Shown piece after piece: positions 105,049 through 114,991 of a DNA stretch of 248,000 bases (its first letter is position 1; each line of letters begins with the position of its first letter). The DNA comes from Hyalangium minutum (GTDB lineage Bacteria > Myxococcota > Myxococcia > Myxococcales > Myxococcaceae): positions 20,001-268,000 of the forward strand of contig NZ_JMCB01000006.1 of assembly GCF_000737315.1 (NCBI RefSeq). Direction: 5' to 3'. Both the position numbers and the translations under genes were made by a program. Below the pieces are notes generated by a model. The model was not told the origin of the DNA, searched no databases, and saw only the letters and a list, made by a program, of their open reading frames with translations.

Positions 105049-106299
105049 TTAAAGCCTACCATTCTCTTGCCGGATCACCAATCCGACGCCCATGAACCAC
105101 TTATAGATGGGGTTGGGGTCGATCACGAATTCTCGCAGCCTCAAGAGTCGACCGGACGCCACTACAGCGGCCGACCGAGTGAGCGGCCACTGAACCTTGA
105201 AAGCGAGGCGTTCCTCGCCATCGTTGGCGTGGATGCCGCCGGTGGCCGACTGGGCGGCGGCGATGTCCAGGTTGATCTGGGCCTTGCGGCGGCCCACCCA
105301 CTCGAAGCCGAAGCTCTGCTCGAAGCGGGGATAGTTGAGGGTGGAGAAGACGTCCACGAAGGGGACGTAGCGCGCGGCCAGCTTCGCCTTCACGGGCCAG
105401 TGGTAGCCCACGGGAACGGGGGTGGTGAGAGAGACTTCGCCGATGGGGTGGAGGATGCTCTCGTAGGCCACCGGGAAGGAGTAGCGGATGGGGGAGAGGA
105501 TGTCCTCGTAGGCCAGCGGGAAGGAGTAGCGCTGGAGACGGTGCTCGCCCACGGCCACACCCATGGCGAGGCGGCCTCGGATCAGCGGGTGGAACTGGTA
105601 CTCCACCAAGGGCGAGGCCTGCAGCAGGGACAGGCGCCCGCCGGTGGAGAAGTGCACGTCCCGGCCCCACATCTCCGTGCCCAGCGTGAGGCGGCGGGTG
105701 AGCGAATGGAAGGCATAGAGGCGGAATTCCGGGCCCACCTGCGAGGGCGTCACCCGGTCACCGAACGGGCGCAGCTCCTTGGGCGGATCCAACAGGCCAT
105801 TGATGACGAGCCCCCCCATGAAGCCGATGTACGTGCGCCGGATGCCCAGGATGTCGAAGCCCACCATGTTCTCCGAGTAGACGTACTTGCTGGCGTCCAG
105901 CACGCGCTGCTGTTCGGGAGGGCTCGTCGCGGGGACGCGGAAGTTTTCGAAGGGGAACGCGCCGTAGGTGGTGGCCTCCATGGCCCAGACCTTGAAGCCC
106001 CGGGAGACCTGGTACTCGCCGCGCAGGAACAGGAAGGTGAGCACCTCCAGCGTGGGCTGGGTGAAGGTGCGGCGCAGCAGGAGCTGCGGCTCGAGGATGG
106101 CCTTCAGCTCCATGCGGTTGGTGTAGAGGATGGCCTGGCCGCGCGGGGTGATGACCAGGTCCTCGATGACCGAGCGGTCCTGGGCCTCCGTCAGGCTCGA
106201 CGAGCGCAGGAAGCTCTCCACCCGCAGCTGGGATGAGTAGCGCACGGCGGGAGAGCTCGCCAGCACCATGCCCGTCACCAGCAGGGGAAGGACCGCCAT
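105049..106299 (-). CDS. epsX: Outer-membrane beta-barrel for EPS export (EpsX-like)
   Basis: Signal peptide, amphipathic beta strands, adjacent to OPX gene. Confidence 0.7.
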   Translation of the reverse strand: MAVLPLLVTGMVLASSPAVRYSSQLRVESFLRSSSLTEAQDRSVIEDLVITPRGQAILYTNRMELKAILEPQLLLRRTFTQPTLEVLTFLFLRGEYQVSRGFKVWAMEATTYGAFPFENFRVPATSPPEQQRVLDASKYVYSENMVGFDILGIRRTYIGFMGGLVINGLLDPPKELRPFGDRVTPSQVGPEFRLYAFHSLTRRLTLGTEMWGRDVHFSTGGRLSLLQASPLVEYQFHPLIRGRLAMGVAVGEHRLQRYSFPLAYEDILSPIRYSFPVAYESILHPIGEVSLTTPVPVGYHWPVKAKLAARYVPFVDVFSTLNYPRFEQSFGFEWVGRRKAQINLDIAAAQSATGGIHANDGEERLAFKVQWPLTRSAAVVASGRLLRLREFVIDPNPIYKWFMGVGLVIRQENGRL

Positions 106300-106305
106300 G
106301 GCGCG

Positions 106306-106932
106306 TTACTCCACCACCACGATGTCGCCGGTGCGCAGCTGGAACGAGGCGCCCTTGCCCTCGGTGCGGCTGGCGGCCTCGTAGTCGAAGCGGATGCGCA
106401 TGGGTACGGGGCTGTCCGGCTGGCGGCGCAGCACGTAGATGCCGTCGGGCTGGGCATAGTCCGTGAAGCCGCCGGCCTGCGCCAGCGCGTGCAGCACGCC
106501 CGAGCCGGGCTCCAGGCCCTTCATGCCGGGGCTCTTCACCTCGCCGAGCACCGCCACCTCCAGCTGCTTGGGCTCGCGCACGTACACGGTGACGGAGGGG
106601 TTGCTCACCATGGGCTTGAGCAGCTCTTCAATCCGGCGCGCGAGCGTCGGCGGTGTCATCCCCGCGGCGTCCACGTCATTGAGCAGCGAGAGGGTGATGC
106701 GCCCATCCTCGCGCACCAGTGTCTCCGGCGTGTCCAGCTCCCGCTGGTTCCACACCTTGATGAAGAGCTTGTCGCCCTTGCGGATGACGTAGCCCTCGTC
106801 CTGGAGCGAGGGCGGCTCGCGGTAGTCGTCCACCCAGATGAAGCGGCCCGGGGTGTAGCAGGCGGCCAGCGCCAGCAGCGCGGCTGGGAGGACTCGGAGG
106901 AGGCTTCGAGAGGCTGAGGTTGAACGGCACAT
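106306..106932 (-). CDS. epsY: Short OPX polysaccharide export lipoprotein (EpsY-like)
   Basis: DGRITL poly_export, VLGEV SLBB, GDIVVVE end without helical barrel. Confidence 0.88.
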   Translation of the reverse strand: MCRSTSASRSLLRVLPAALLALAACYTPGRFIWVDDYREPPSLQDEGYVIRKGDKLFIKVWNQRELDTPETLVREDGRITLSLLNDVDAAGMTPPTLARRIEELLKPMVSNPSVTVYVREPKQLEVAVLGEVKSPGMKGLEPGSGVLHALAQAGGFTDYAQPDGIYVLRRQPDSPVPMRIRFDYEAASRTEGKGASFQLRTGDIVVVE

Positions 106933-106962
106933 AGAAGAGAGGCTCCGAAGAGGGGCTCCAGC

Positions 106963-108501
106963 TCACGCGGCGGCGGACGGCTGGACACGCGAGCGCCGCT
107001 GGCGCACCACGCGCAGCAGGCCTTGCAGCTCGTCCAAACGCACCGCGCCTGTCACGAACACGAGGACGATATAGAGACACGCGCCCACCACCAGCCGCAC
107101 CGGGCCCAGGTCCACGAGCGCCAGATGGACGCACGTCACAACGCCGCAGACGGCCAGCGTCTTCCCCATCCGGGTGAGGCTCTGCTTGTCGAAGGCGCGT
107201 CCTCCCACGGCCCACACCAGCATCCCCACGGCCACCACCTCGCAGATGAAGAGCGCCAGGGCGGAGGCGCACGCACCTCCCACGGGGCCGAACCACGCCA
107301 GGAAGGGGCGCGCCAGCGTCAGGTTGAGCGTGGAGTTGAGCACCATGGACACCACCGAGGTGCGCGTCACCCACCAGCCCTTGCCCAGCGCCGTGAGCAC
107401 GCTGGCGCACACCATGGCCACATACGTGAGCGCCAGAATCGGCGCCTGCAGCCGCAGCACCGCCGCCGCCGGCAGGAAGGCCTCGCCGTACACCAGCTGG
107501 ATCCACGTCTCCGCGCCCAGCGCGATGGCCAGCACCATGGGGATGGAGAAGGCGCTCACCGCCTCCAGCGTGCGGCGACTCAAGCGGAACAGATCGTCCT
107601 GCGACTGGGCCGCGGCGCGCGCCATCAGCGGCGTCAGCACCCACGTCACCACGGGCGCGGCCATGAGCGTCATGCCCGCGAGGTTCCACCCGGCGCCGTA
107701 CCAGCCCACCTCGGTGGTGTTCGTCAGGAAGCCCAGGAGGAAGATGCCCATGGGGCCGTTGGCCGCCAGCGCCGCCTCGTTGAGGAAGAAGGGCAGCGCG
107801 CCCGTCATCGCCTCCTTCGTGCCCTTCGCGTCCAGGCGAATCTCCAGGCCCGTGTGCACACGCGAGAGCCGGAACAGCACCACCGCCCGCACCACCTCGG
107901 ACGCGAGAATCGGCACGCCGAGCCATGGCAGGGGCAGCCCCAGTGCCAGCACCAGCAGCTGCCCGCCGCCCCACACGCACTTGGTGGCGATGTTGGCCAC
108001 CGAGAGCCCATCCACCCGCTCACGCGCGTGGAGCACCGCCGCCAGCGTGCCGTTGCACCGGAAAAACAACTGATACACGCCCAGCAGCAGCACCAGCACC
108101 CGTAGGTAGTCGGGCTTGCCGTCCAGGTGCATCAGCCCCTGCATCACCCCGAGCAGCGTCACCGCCATGGTGAGCTGGAGCAGCAGCGTGCCGCCGAAGA
108201 ACTCGCTGGCGTGCTGCGGCCGCAGGGCCACCTCCTTGCGGATGTAGACCTCCAGGCCCAGGCCAGCCAGCACGAAGAAGACGGCGGTGAAGCCCTCCGA
108301 GGCCCAGTTGAACTGGCCAAACGCCTCGGGCCCCAGCACGCGCGGCAGCAGCAGGCGCACCGCCAGGGCGATGCCGTACGTCACCATGAGCGAGCTGCCC
108401 AGCTTCACGGCGTTGCGCATGGACGTCGACACGTCCAGCCCCGCGGGCTGCGGTGCCGGAGGAGTCGCCGCGGCGCTCGAATCAGGGGAGGGCGTGGACA
108501 T
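106963..108501 (-). CDS. wzx: Wzx flippase
   Basis: About 14 TM, LPRVLGPEAFG, EVGWYG. Confidence 0.88.
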   Translation of the reverse strand: MSTPSPDSSAAATPPAPQPAGLDVSTSMRNAVKLGSSLMVTYGIALAVRLLLPRVLGPEAFGQFNWASEGFTAVFFVLAGLGLEVYIRKEVALRPQHASEFFGGTLLLQLTMAVTLLGVMQGLMHLDGKPDYLRVLVLLLGVYQLFFRCNGTLAAVLHARERVDGLSVANIATKCVWGGGQLLVLALGLPLPWLGVPILASEVVRAVVLFRLSRVHTGLEIRLDAKGTKEAMTGALPFFLNEAALAANGPMGIFLLGFLTNTTEVGWYGAGWNLAGMTLMAAPVVTWVLTPLMARAAAQSQDDLFRLSRRTLEAVSAFSIPMVLAIALGAETWIQLVYGEAFLPAAAVLRLQAPILALTYVAMVCASVLTALGKGWWVTRTSVVSMVLNSTLNLTLARPFLAWFGPVGGACASALALFICEVVAVGMLVWAVGGRAFDKQSLTRMGKTLAVCGVVTCVHLALVDLGPVRLVVGACLYIVLVFVTGAVRLDELQGLLRVVRQRRSRVQPSAAA

Positions 108502-108595
108502 GGGCTCGGCGCAAAGAGGGAAACCGGGCAAGTGAACGACAGCCCCACACCCGCGTCAATTCGCGGGCAGCCCCCCAGCCCCGAGCCCAGGCGGC

Positions 108596-110113
108596 CTAGC
108601 TGGCGCCGTTGCCCGTGATCACCACCGGAACCGTCTTGAGGATCAGTCCCAGATCCGTCAGCAGGGTCCAGTTGTCGATGTACTGCATGTCCAGGTACAT
108701 CCACTCCTCGAAGGAGATCTGATTGCGGCCGGAGACCTGCCAGATGCAGGTGAGACCCGGACGCACGGACAGGCGGCGGCGCTGCCAGGCAGCGTACTTC
108801 TCCACCTCCTTGGGCAGCGGCGGACGCGGGCCCACCACGCTCATCTCACCGCGCAGCACGTTGAGCAGCTGAGGCAGCTCGTCAATCGAGTACTTGCGGA
108901 TGAAGCGGCCGATGGAGGTGATCCGCGGGTCGTTCTTGATCTTGAAGACGGGGCCGCTCTGCTCATTGAGCGCCTCGAGCTTGGCGCGCAGCTCCTCGGC
109001 GTTCACCACCATGGAGCGGAACTTGAGCATGTCGAACGGCTTGCCGTGGAGGCCGACGCGCTTCTGCTTGAAGAAGATGGGGCCGCGCGAGGTGAGCTTG
109101 ATGCCCACCGCCACGGAGATGAGCAGCGGCGAGAGCACCAGCAGGCCCGCCGCCGAGGAGATGATGTCGAACAGGCGCTTGATGGCCATCTGGTGCGGCC
109201 GAGGCTGGTACGAGACGAAGTGCAGGTAGCCGTCGGACACCGCGTGGTTGTGCTCCGGGCGGGCCCGGTCCATGCGGAACGGGTGCGCCGGCAGCGCGAA
109301 CGGAATGCCGAAGCGCTCGCACAGCTTGATGGCCGCCTGCATCTCCACGCCGTGCTTCTGCACGTTGCCCGAGATGTAGACGACATCCACCGGCACGCGG
109401 CAGAGCACCTCTTCCAGCTGCTCCACCTTGCCCAGCAGCGGCTGCGGCGAGTTGGGATTCACCTTCTCGCTGCCGAAGGCCAGGTAGCCAGTGACGCGGC
109501 GGCGGCCGTGCTCGGCCAGGTGCTCGCCCGTAAGGCGGCCCATGGCGCCCAGGCCGAGGATGAGCGCCTCGTCGATGGGCTCCTCGCGCACCGCGAGCCG
109601 GCGGAACACAAAGTGCCGCAGCCCCACCACGCTCCCCCAGAGCAGCAGCGGGAAGAACGTCAGCGCCACCACGGGGTAGCCGCCTGCAATCAGCAAGCGC
109701 TCCAGGTAGAGCATGAAGGTGATGGACACCACGGTGATGGACACCAGCGCCAGGTCATCCAGCGGCGCCCGGTCCGAGAACCGCGGGTCATACAGGCACA
109801 GCGCGGTGCCCAGCAGCAGCCAGCCCAGCCCCGCCATGCCCAGCAGCAGCCACAGGTCCAGGTTGCCCACTTGCAGCTTGTGCCCCATCAGCAGCGTGGA
109901 GCCCAGCAGCGCGCCCACCACCAGGAACAAGTCCACCAGCAGGTTCAGCTTCGCCGCGAAGCCCGGCGCCAGCCGTCCCCGAGTGGCCTTGGCCGCCAGC
110001 GCAGGCACCGCCATCATCCGCGAGGGCTCGGGGGCCGGCACCACGGCAGGCTGAACGGGCGCCGCCGGCTGCGGATTCTCGGAGACTTCTTTCTGGACCG
110101 ATGCGGATTGCAT
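108596..110113 (-). CDS. epsZ: Polyprenyl-phosphate hexose-1-phosphate transferase (EpsZ-like)
   Basis: KRLFDI, KFRSM, DELPQL, VGPRP, RPGLT. Confidence 0.93.
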   Translation of the reverse strand: MQSASVQKEVSENPQPAAPVQPAVVPAPEPSRMMAVPALAAKATRGRLAPGFAAKLNLLVDLFLVVGALLGSTLLMGHKLQVGNLDLWLLLGMAGLGWLLLGTALCLYDPRFSDRAPLDDLALVSITVVSITFMLYLERLLIAGGYPVVALTFFPLLLWGSVVGLRHFVFRRLAVREEPIDEALILGLGAMGRLTGEHLAEHGRRRVTGYLAFGSEKVNPNSPQPLLGKVEQLEEVLCRVPVDVVYISGNVQKHGVEMQAAIKLCERFGIPFALPAHPFRMDRARPEHNHAVSDGYLHFVSYQPRPHQMAIKRLFDIISSAAGLLVLSPLLISVAVGIKLTSRGPIFFKQKRVGLHGKPFDMLKFRSMVVNAEELRAKLEALNEQSGPVFKIKNDPRITSIGRFIRKYSIDELPQLLNVLRGEMSVVGPRPPLPKEVEKYAAWQRRRLSVRPGLTCIWQVSGRNQISFEEWMYLDMQYIDNWTLLTDLGLILKTVPVVITGNGAS

Positions 110114-110467
110114 GCCAAGCTCCCCACGACCCGGGATCCTCCCCCGGAGTGACACCGCCCACCTGCGAGAGTGGGCAAGAAATCACGGCACCACCACGCT
110201 CTGGACCCGCGAAGATTGTATGGGCCTGTGAAAAGTGCACGCAAGCACGTGAAAAATTACGGACTTCCTCCCACCTGACAGGCGGGGTGCTTGTTTGCCG
110301 ATCGGAAATTCGCCCCTACTCCCGAGCACTTGCGGCTCTGATTGTCGACAGTGATCAGTATGTATCAATCCAGCCGAAGAGGACCTGATAGGTCGTCTCC
110401 CCTGGCCGCTACCAGGATTTCTCTGGAAGTGTTTTGTCGGGATTTTCCGGTTCTGTAAATTTGGAGG

Positions 110468-111496
110468 CTAAGAAAACGGAGCGAGGATGCGCTCGACGTA
110501 GCGCTCCACGGAGAAGTCCCGCTCGGCCTTCTCGCGGGCGCGGCGGCCCATGGCCTCGGCCTCCTGGGGATGATCCAGCAGCCACTGCAGGCGCTCACGC
110601 AGTGCTACAGGATTGCCCGGCTCCACGTGGAAGCCCGTGACGCCGTCCTCGATGAAGCCCTCGACGTACGGGTTGCGCGTGAGGATGACGGGCTTGCCCA
110701 TGGCCATGCCCTCCAGGGCCACGGTGATGCCGCTGATGATGGGGCGGGCCAGGGGCACCACCACCACGCGGGACTCGGCGTAGAGCTGGCGCAGGTTCGC
110801 GTAGCTGCCCCACGAGCGCATCTCCACGTTCGGCGGCAGCATGGCGCTCTGGGTCTCGCCCTTGTTGGCCACCGAGTAGCGCCAGATGGTGTCCGCGGCG
110901 ATCTTCACGTCCGCGTCCAGCCCCGTGGCCGCCTCAATCAGCGTGCCGTAGTCGCGGTTCACCGCGCCCGCCGCGCATACCTGGCGCTTGAGCGGCGTCT
111001 CCGGCTGGGGCTGGAAGTAGGCCGTGTCCACGCGCGAGTAGATGACGCTCACCTTCTCGCGCGGAATGCCGTAGTGCTCCACCAGCACCTTCTGGCTGTG
111101 CGGGGACAGGCACAGCACGTGGTCCACGCGCCGCTGGAGGCCCAGCTTGGAGAGCGCCAGCCAGCGCTTCTTGCTGGACACGTTGTGCACCAGCAGCACG
111201 ATGCGGCGCTTGCGGCGGCTCATCACCGCGTCGCACGCGAGGAACTGGAGCGCGGGGAACTCCTCGGCGAGAAAGAGGTTCTGGCGCTCGCGCGTCTCCT
111301 TCCACGCGGCCAGGGCGAAGCGGGCGCAGTCCACGTTGGACGCGGGGTTCATCCCCCGCTGCGCCATGGAGACCACCTGGGTGAAGGCCCCCTGGCTCAT
111401 GGCCGCGAACTCCAGCATGGGGCCCTTCTTCTCCAGCGCATCGGTGACGCGGCTGACGGGCTCACCCACGCCGATGTATGCGGAGTCTTGGGGCAT
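110468..111496 (-). CDS. GT4 glycosyltransferase
   Basis: VALEGMAMGKPVI, DGVTGFHV. Confidence 0.88.
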   Translation of the reverse strand: MPQDSAYIGVGEPVSRVTDALEKKGPMLEFAAMSQGAFTQVVSMAQRGMNPASNVDCARFALAAWKETRERQNLFLAEEFPALQFLACDAVMSRRKRRIVLLVHNVSSKKRWLALSKLGLQRRVDHVLCLSPHSQKVLVEHYGIPREKVSVIYSRVDTAYFQPQPETPLKRQVCAAGAVNRDYGTLIEAATGLDADVKIAADTIWRYSVANKGETQSAMLPPNVEMRSWGSYANLRQLYAESRVVVVPLARPIISGITVALEGMAMGKPVILTRNPYVEGFIEDGVTGFHVEPGNPVALRERLQWLLDHPQEAEAMGRRAREKAERDFSVERYVERILAPFS

Positions 111497-111508
111497 GCCC
111501 CTCCTCTA

Positions 111509-113137
111509 TCACGAGCCCTCGGTGGGGCGCGCTGGCAGAGAGACCGTGAAGACGGTGCCCACCCCCTGCTCGCTCTGCACCTCGATGTCTCCCCCGAGCC
111601 GCCGGACGATGTCCCGGCTGATGGAGAGCCCCAGCCCCGTGCCCGTCGTCATCCCCTTCGTGGTGAAGAAGGGCTGGAAGACGCGCGACAGGTGCTCCGG
111701 GGCAATGCCCGGCCCCGTGTCCGCCACCTCGACGATGGCCCGGTCTCCCGCTCGAAGGCTGGTGACGCGGATCTCCCGCCGGGGGCCCTTCCAGTCGGAC
111801 AGGGCCTGCGCCGCGTTGATGATCAGGTTGCTGAAGACCTGGGAGACGCGCCCCGGTGTGCCCTTCACCTGGATGCCGTCGGACAGCTCCACGACGACCA
111901 TGGCGGCGGGTGTCGTCTCGGCGCGGGTGATGCGCAGCGCGGAGCGGATGGCCTCGTTCAGATCGAACCACCCCGCCGTCGCGTCATCCATCCGCGACAG
112001 TGCCCGCATGTCCCGGATGATTTCACAGATGCGACGCGTGCCCTCGTACGCCTCGCTCGCAGCCTCCTGGATGGCCTCGAACTCCTCCTGCTCGCGCGGC
112101 CCCCAGCTGAGGGGCTCCCGCGGCTCCTTCGCGTGGGGCTCGTGGTGCAGGGTGCGGCTGAGCAGGTTCAGGCCCTTCTGGATGTACAGGAGGTTGCTGA
112201 GGACAAAGGAGGCCGGGTTGTTGATCTCGTGGCTGATGCCGGCGGCCACCAGGCCCATGGAGGCCATCCGCTCGGAGGCGGAGAGCTGGCCGGCCATGCG
112301 CGCGTTCTCCAGCGCCAGCACGGCATGAGAGGCCAGCAGCGAGGCCCGGTCCAGCTCGCCCCGGTTGAGCGCGCGCATCTCGGAGCGGCGCAGGACGACG
112401 AGCACCCCCAACATCCGCTCCCGCGCGGCCAGGGGCAGCACACAGACGGAGAGCTCCCGAGGCAGCGTCTGAAAGTCCTTGAAGCGCCAGTCCCCGCCCA
112501 GCGGCCCGAGCACCGCGGGCATCTGGTCCCGCGAGAGCATGCGGACCATCCGCTCGCCCAGGGACAGGCACAGCGCGCTCTCCTCCTCGCCCAACAGCCC
112601 CTGGGCGTGCGCCACCTGCAGCTTGCCGTCCGTGTCCGGCAGCGCCAGCAGCGCCGCGTCCGCGGCCATGAACGAGCGCACGCTGTCCACGATGGCGCGC
112701 GGCAGCTGCTCGATGGCGTTCTGCTCGAAGAGGGCCTGGCTCAGCCGCACCAGGTCCGTGGAGACGTTGAAGCGGCGCTTCTCCAGCGCGCGTGACACGC
112801 AGCTGAACAGCTCCTGGAGGTTGAACGGCTTGCGCAGCAAGTCGAACGCGCCGGCGCGCATGCACTCGATGGCGGTGTCCAGCTCCGCGTAGGCGGTGGC
112901 CACCACCACCTCGGTGGAGGGAGACACCTCGCGCACCCGGCGCAGCAGCTCCATGCCGCTCAGGTTCGGCATCCGCACGTCCGTCAGCACCAGGTCGAAC
113001 GAGGCGTCGCGCAGCCGCGACAGGGCCTCCGCCCCGTTGGTGGCCTCGGCCACCTCGTGCCCCTCGAGCGTCAACATCTCGCGGAGCAGCTGACGGATGT
113101 CCCGCTCATCGTCCACGATGAGGATATGTCCCGGCAT
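111509..113137 (-). CDS. Receiver-GAF-histidine kinase
   Basis: N-terminal REC, GAF, SHEINNP, QPFFTTK. Confidence 0.92.
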   Translation of the reverse strand: MPGHILIVDDERDIRQLLREMLTLEGHEVAEATNGAEALSRLRDASFDLVLTDVRMPNLSGMELLRRVREVSPSTEVVVATAYAELDTAIECMRAGAFDLLRKPFNLQELFSCVSRALEKRRFNVSTDLVRLSQALFEQNAIEQLPRAIVDSVRSFMAADAALLALPDTDGKLQVAHAQGLLGEEESALCLSLGERMVRMLSRDQMPAVLGPLGGDWRFKDFQTLPRELSVCVLPLAARERMLGVLVVLRRSEMRALNRGELDRASLLASHAVLALENARMAGQLSASERMASMGLVAAGISHEINNPASFVLSNLLYIQKGLNLLSRTLHHEPHAKEPREPLSWGPREQEEFEAIQEAASEAYEGTRRICEIIRDMRALSRMDDATAGWFDLNEAIRSALRITRAETTPAAMVVVELSDGIQVKGTPGRVSQVFSNLIINAAQALSDWKGPRREIRVTSLRAGDRAIVEVADTGPGIAPEHLSRVFQPFFTTKGMTTGTGLGLSISRDIVRRLGGDIEVQSEQGVGTVFTVSLPARPTEGS

Positions 113138-113155
113138 GATGTCGCGGCCTCTCCC

Positions 113156-114991
113156 CTACCTCGCCGCCGGAAGCACCAGCCGGAAGACACTGCCTCCCGA
113201 GGGCCTCGGTGAGGCGGTGAGGTCCGCGCCCATGCGGCGCAGCAGCCGCCACGCCAGCGCGAGCCCGAAGTTCAGGCGCAAGGTGTCCCCGCTCTGTGAA
113301 TCGGCCTGGATGCGCGGGTCGAAGATCTCCGCGTGCCGCGCCTCACTCAGCGTGAGCAGGGAGTCCTCCAGTTGGATGAAGGCACGCCCATCCGCGTACC
113401 CAGCGAGGACCTTCAGCGGCACGGGCGGCTGGCCCTGGGGCAACGGGCTGGCCTCGCACAGGAAGGAGAGGATGCGCTTGAGGCTGGAGGTGAAGTCCTG
113501 CAGCCCCACCCACGCGAACACGGGCCCCGAAGTCTCTACCTGGAATGGCCGGCACAAGGTGGTATCGCGCACCTGGCGCTCCAGCAGCTCCGTGATGTCC
113601 ACCCGCGCGGCGGGCGACACCGGGCTCCCTCCCGACACGGCACGCAGCTCCTCGAGCAGGCGCTCCACGCGGCGGATGCCGTCCATGGCATCCACGGCCG
113701 ACTCCTCCACGTCCTGGATGGAGGTCTCCGTCTCGTGGCCCGCCGCGGTGAGCAGCTTGTGCGCCAGTTCCTTGCAGCGAGGGTCGTCCTTCTGGGAGAG
113801 CTCCTGCGCCGCGTCGCGGGCCGTGCGCCACAGGGACTTCACATCCTTCGAGTAAGAGGACAGCGCCTGCAAGCCGGCCTTGGTGAAGGCCAGGGGGTTG
113901 CTCAGCTCGTGCGTCACCCCGGCGGCCAGCTTGCCCACCGTGGCCAGCTTCTCGGCCTTCACCAGCTCCTCGCGCGTGGCCTCCAGGTCCTTCACGCGGG
114001 CCTCGAGCTCGCCGTTGAGGCGCGCCGTCTCCAGCGCCAGTGCGAGCTGCGCGGCGAACAGGCTGCCCCGCTGCAGCTCCGAGACCGAGAACCCTGGCTG
114101 GCCCACGCCGCGCAACAGGATGAGGCAGCCTGCGGGCGCATCTCCCACTTGCAGCGAGTACGCCAGCGCCGAGCCCAGCCGATCCACCGGCACGAAGGGC
114201 CAGTCGCGCGAGGTGCGCACCAGACACACGGGCTCCTGCGCCTGAATGGCCCGCCGGGACAGCTCCCGCAGCGCGAGGGGCGGCACCTCCAGCCCATCCG
114301 TGGAGGGGCAGATGCTCAGCTCGGCCTGCCCTCGCTCCGGCAGCAGCAACCGGAACGCCTGGTGCGGCACGAGGTCCAGCGTCAGCTCGCCCAGGTGCGC
114401 CAGCACCTCGGCACGGGTCCGCAGCGAGAGCAGCGCGCAGCTCACCTCGTACAGCGGCACCAGCGAGCGCAGGCGCCGCTTCTCCACCGCCCGGAGGATG
114501 AGGTGGCGCAGCTCGGCGATGTCATACGGCTTGCGGATGTAGTCGTACGCGCCCTGCTTCATGCAGGCCAGCGCCGTCTCCAGGCTCGCGTAGCCGGTGG
114601 CGACGATGATTTCCATGTCCGGGTCCAGCTCGCGCAGCGCGGACACCGTCTCCACGCCATTCATGCCCGGCATCTTCAAGTCGGTGATGGCCACGTCGAA
114701 GCGGCGGGTGCCCAGCAGCGACACCGCCGAGCGGCCCCCGTCCGCCGTCACCACCTCGAACTCGTTGGCGGGCAGCGAGAAGGCCAGCATCTCGCGCATG
114801 TCCGGCTCATCGTCGATGACGAGCACGGAGATGCCTCCTCCCGGGGTGAGCTCCTGCACGCTGCGCTTGGGGAGCGGCGAAGCGGAGGCGCCGCGGGACG
114901 CGGACGCGCCCCCGGCGAGGCTCTCGTCCCGGGTGGCAAACCGGCCCTCCCCAGGAGCCTCTGGCGACGGACCTATGAGCTTCACTTCCAT
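113156..114991 (-). CDS. Receiver-GAF-histidine kinase with degenerate ATPase domain
   Basis: REC, THELSNP; N- and G-boxes eroded (LKRILSFL, FGLAL). Confidence 0.85.
   Translation of the reverse strand: MEVKLIGPSPEAPGEGRFATRDESLAGGASASRGASASPLPKRSVQELTPGGGISVLVIDDEPDMREMLAFSLPANEFEVVTADGGRSAVSLLGTRRFDVAITDLKMPGMNGVETVSALRELDPDMEIIVATGYASLETALACMKQGAYDYIRKPYDIAELRHLILRAVEKRRLRSLVPLYEVSCALLSLRTRAEVLAHLGELTLDLVPHQAFRLLLPERGQAELSICPSTDGLEVPPLALRELSRRAIQAQEPVCLVRTSRDWPFVPVDRLGSALAYSLQVGDAPAGCLILLRGVGQPGFSVSELQRGSLFAAQLALALETARLNGELEARVKDLEATREELVKAEKLATVGKLAAGVTHELSNPLAFTKAGLQALSSYSKDVKSLWRTARDAAQELSQKDDPRCKELAHKLLTAAGHETETSIQDVEESAVDAMDGIRRVERLLEELRAVSGGSPVSPAARVDITELLERQVRDTTLCRPFQVETSGPVFAWVGLQDFTSSLKRILSFLCEASPLPQGQPPVPLKVLAGYADGRAFIQLEDSLLTLSEARHAEIFDPRIQADSQSGDTLRLNFGLALAWRLLRRMGADLTASPRPSGGSVFRLVLPAAR

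Noticed and set aside
110156-110467. Sigma-54 promoter or operator upstream of epsZ (ttttcac direct repeat on minus strand)
   Set aside because: No GG-N10-GC match found and the repeat is too short to support
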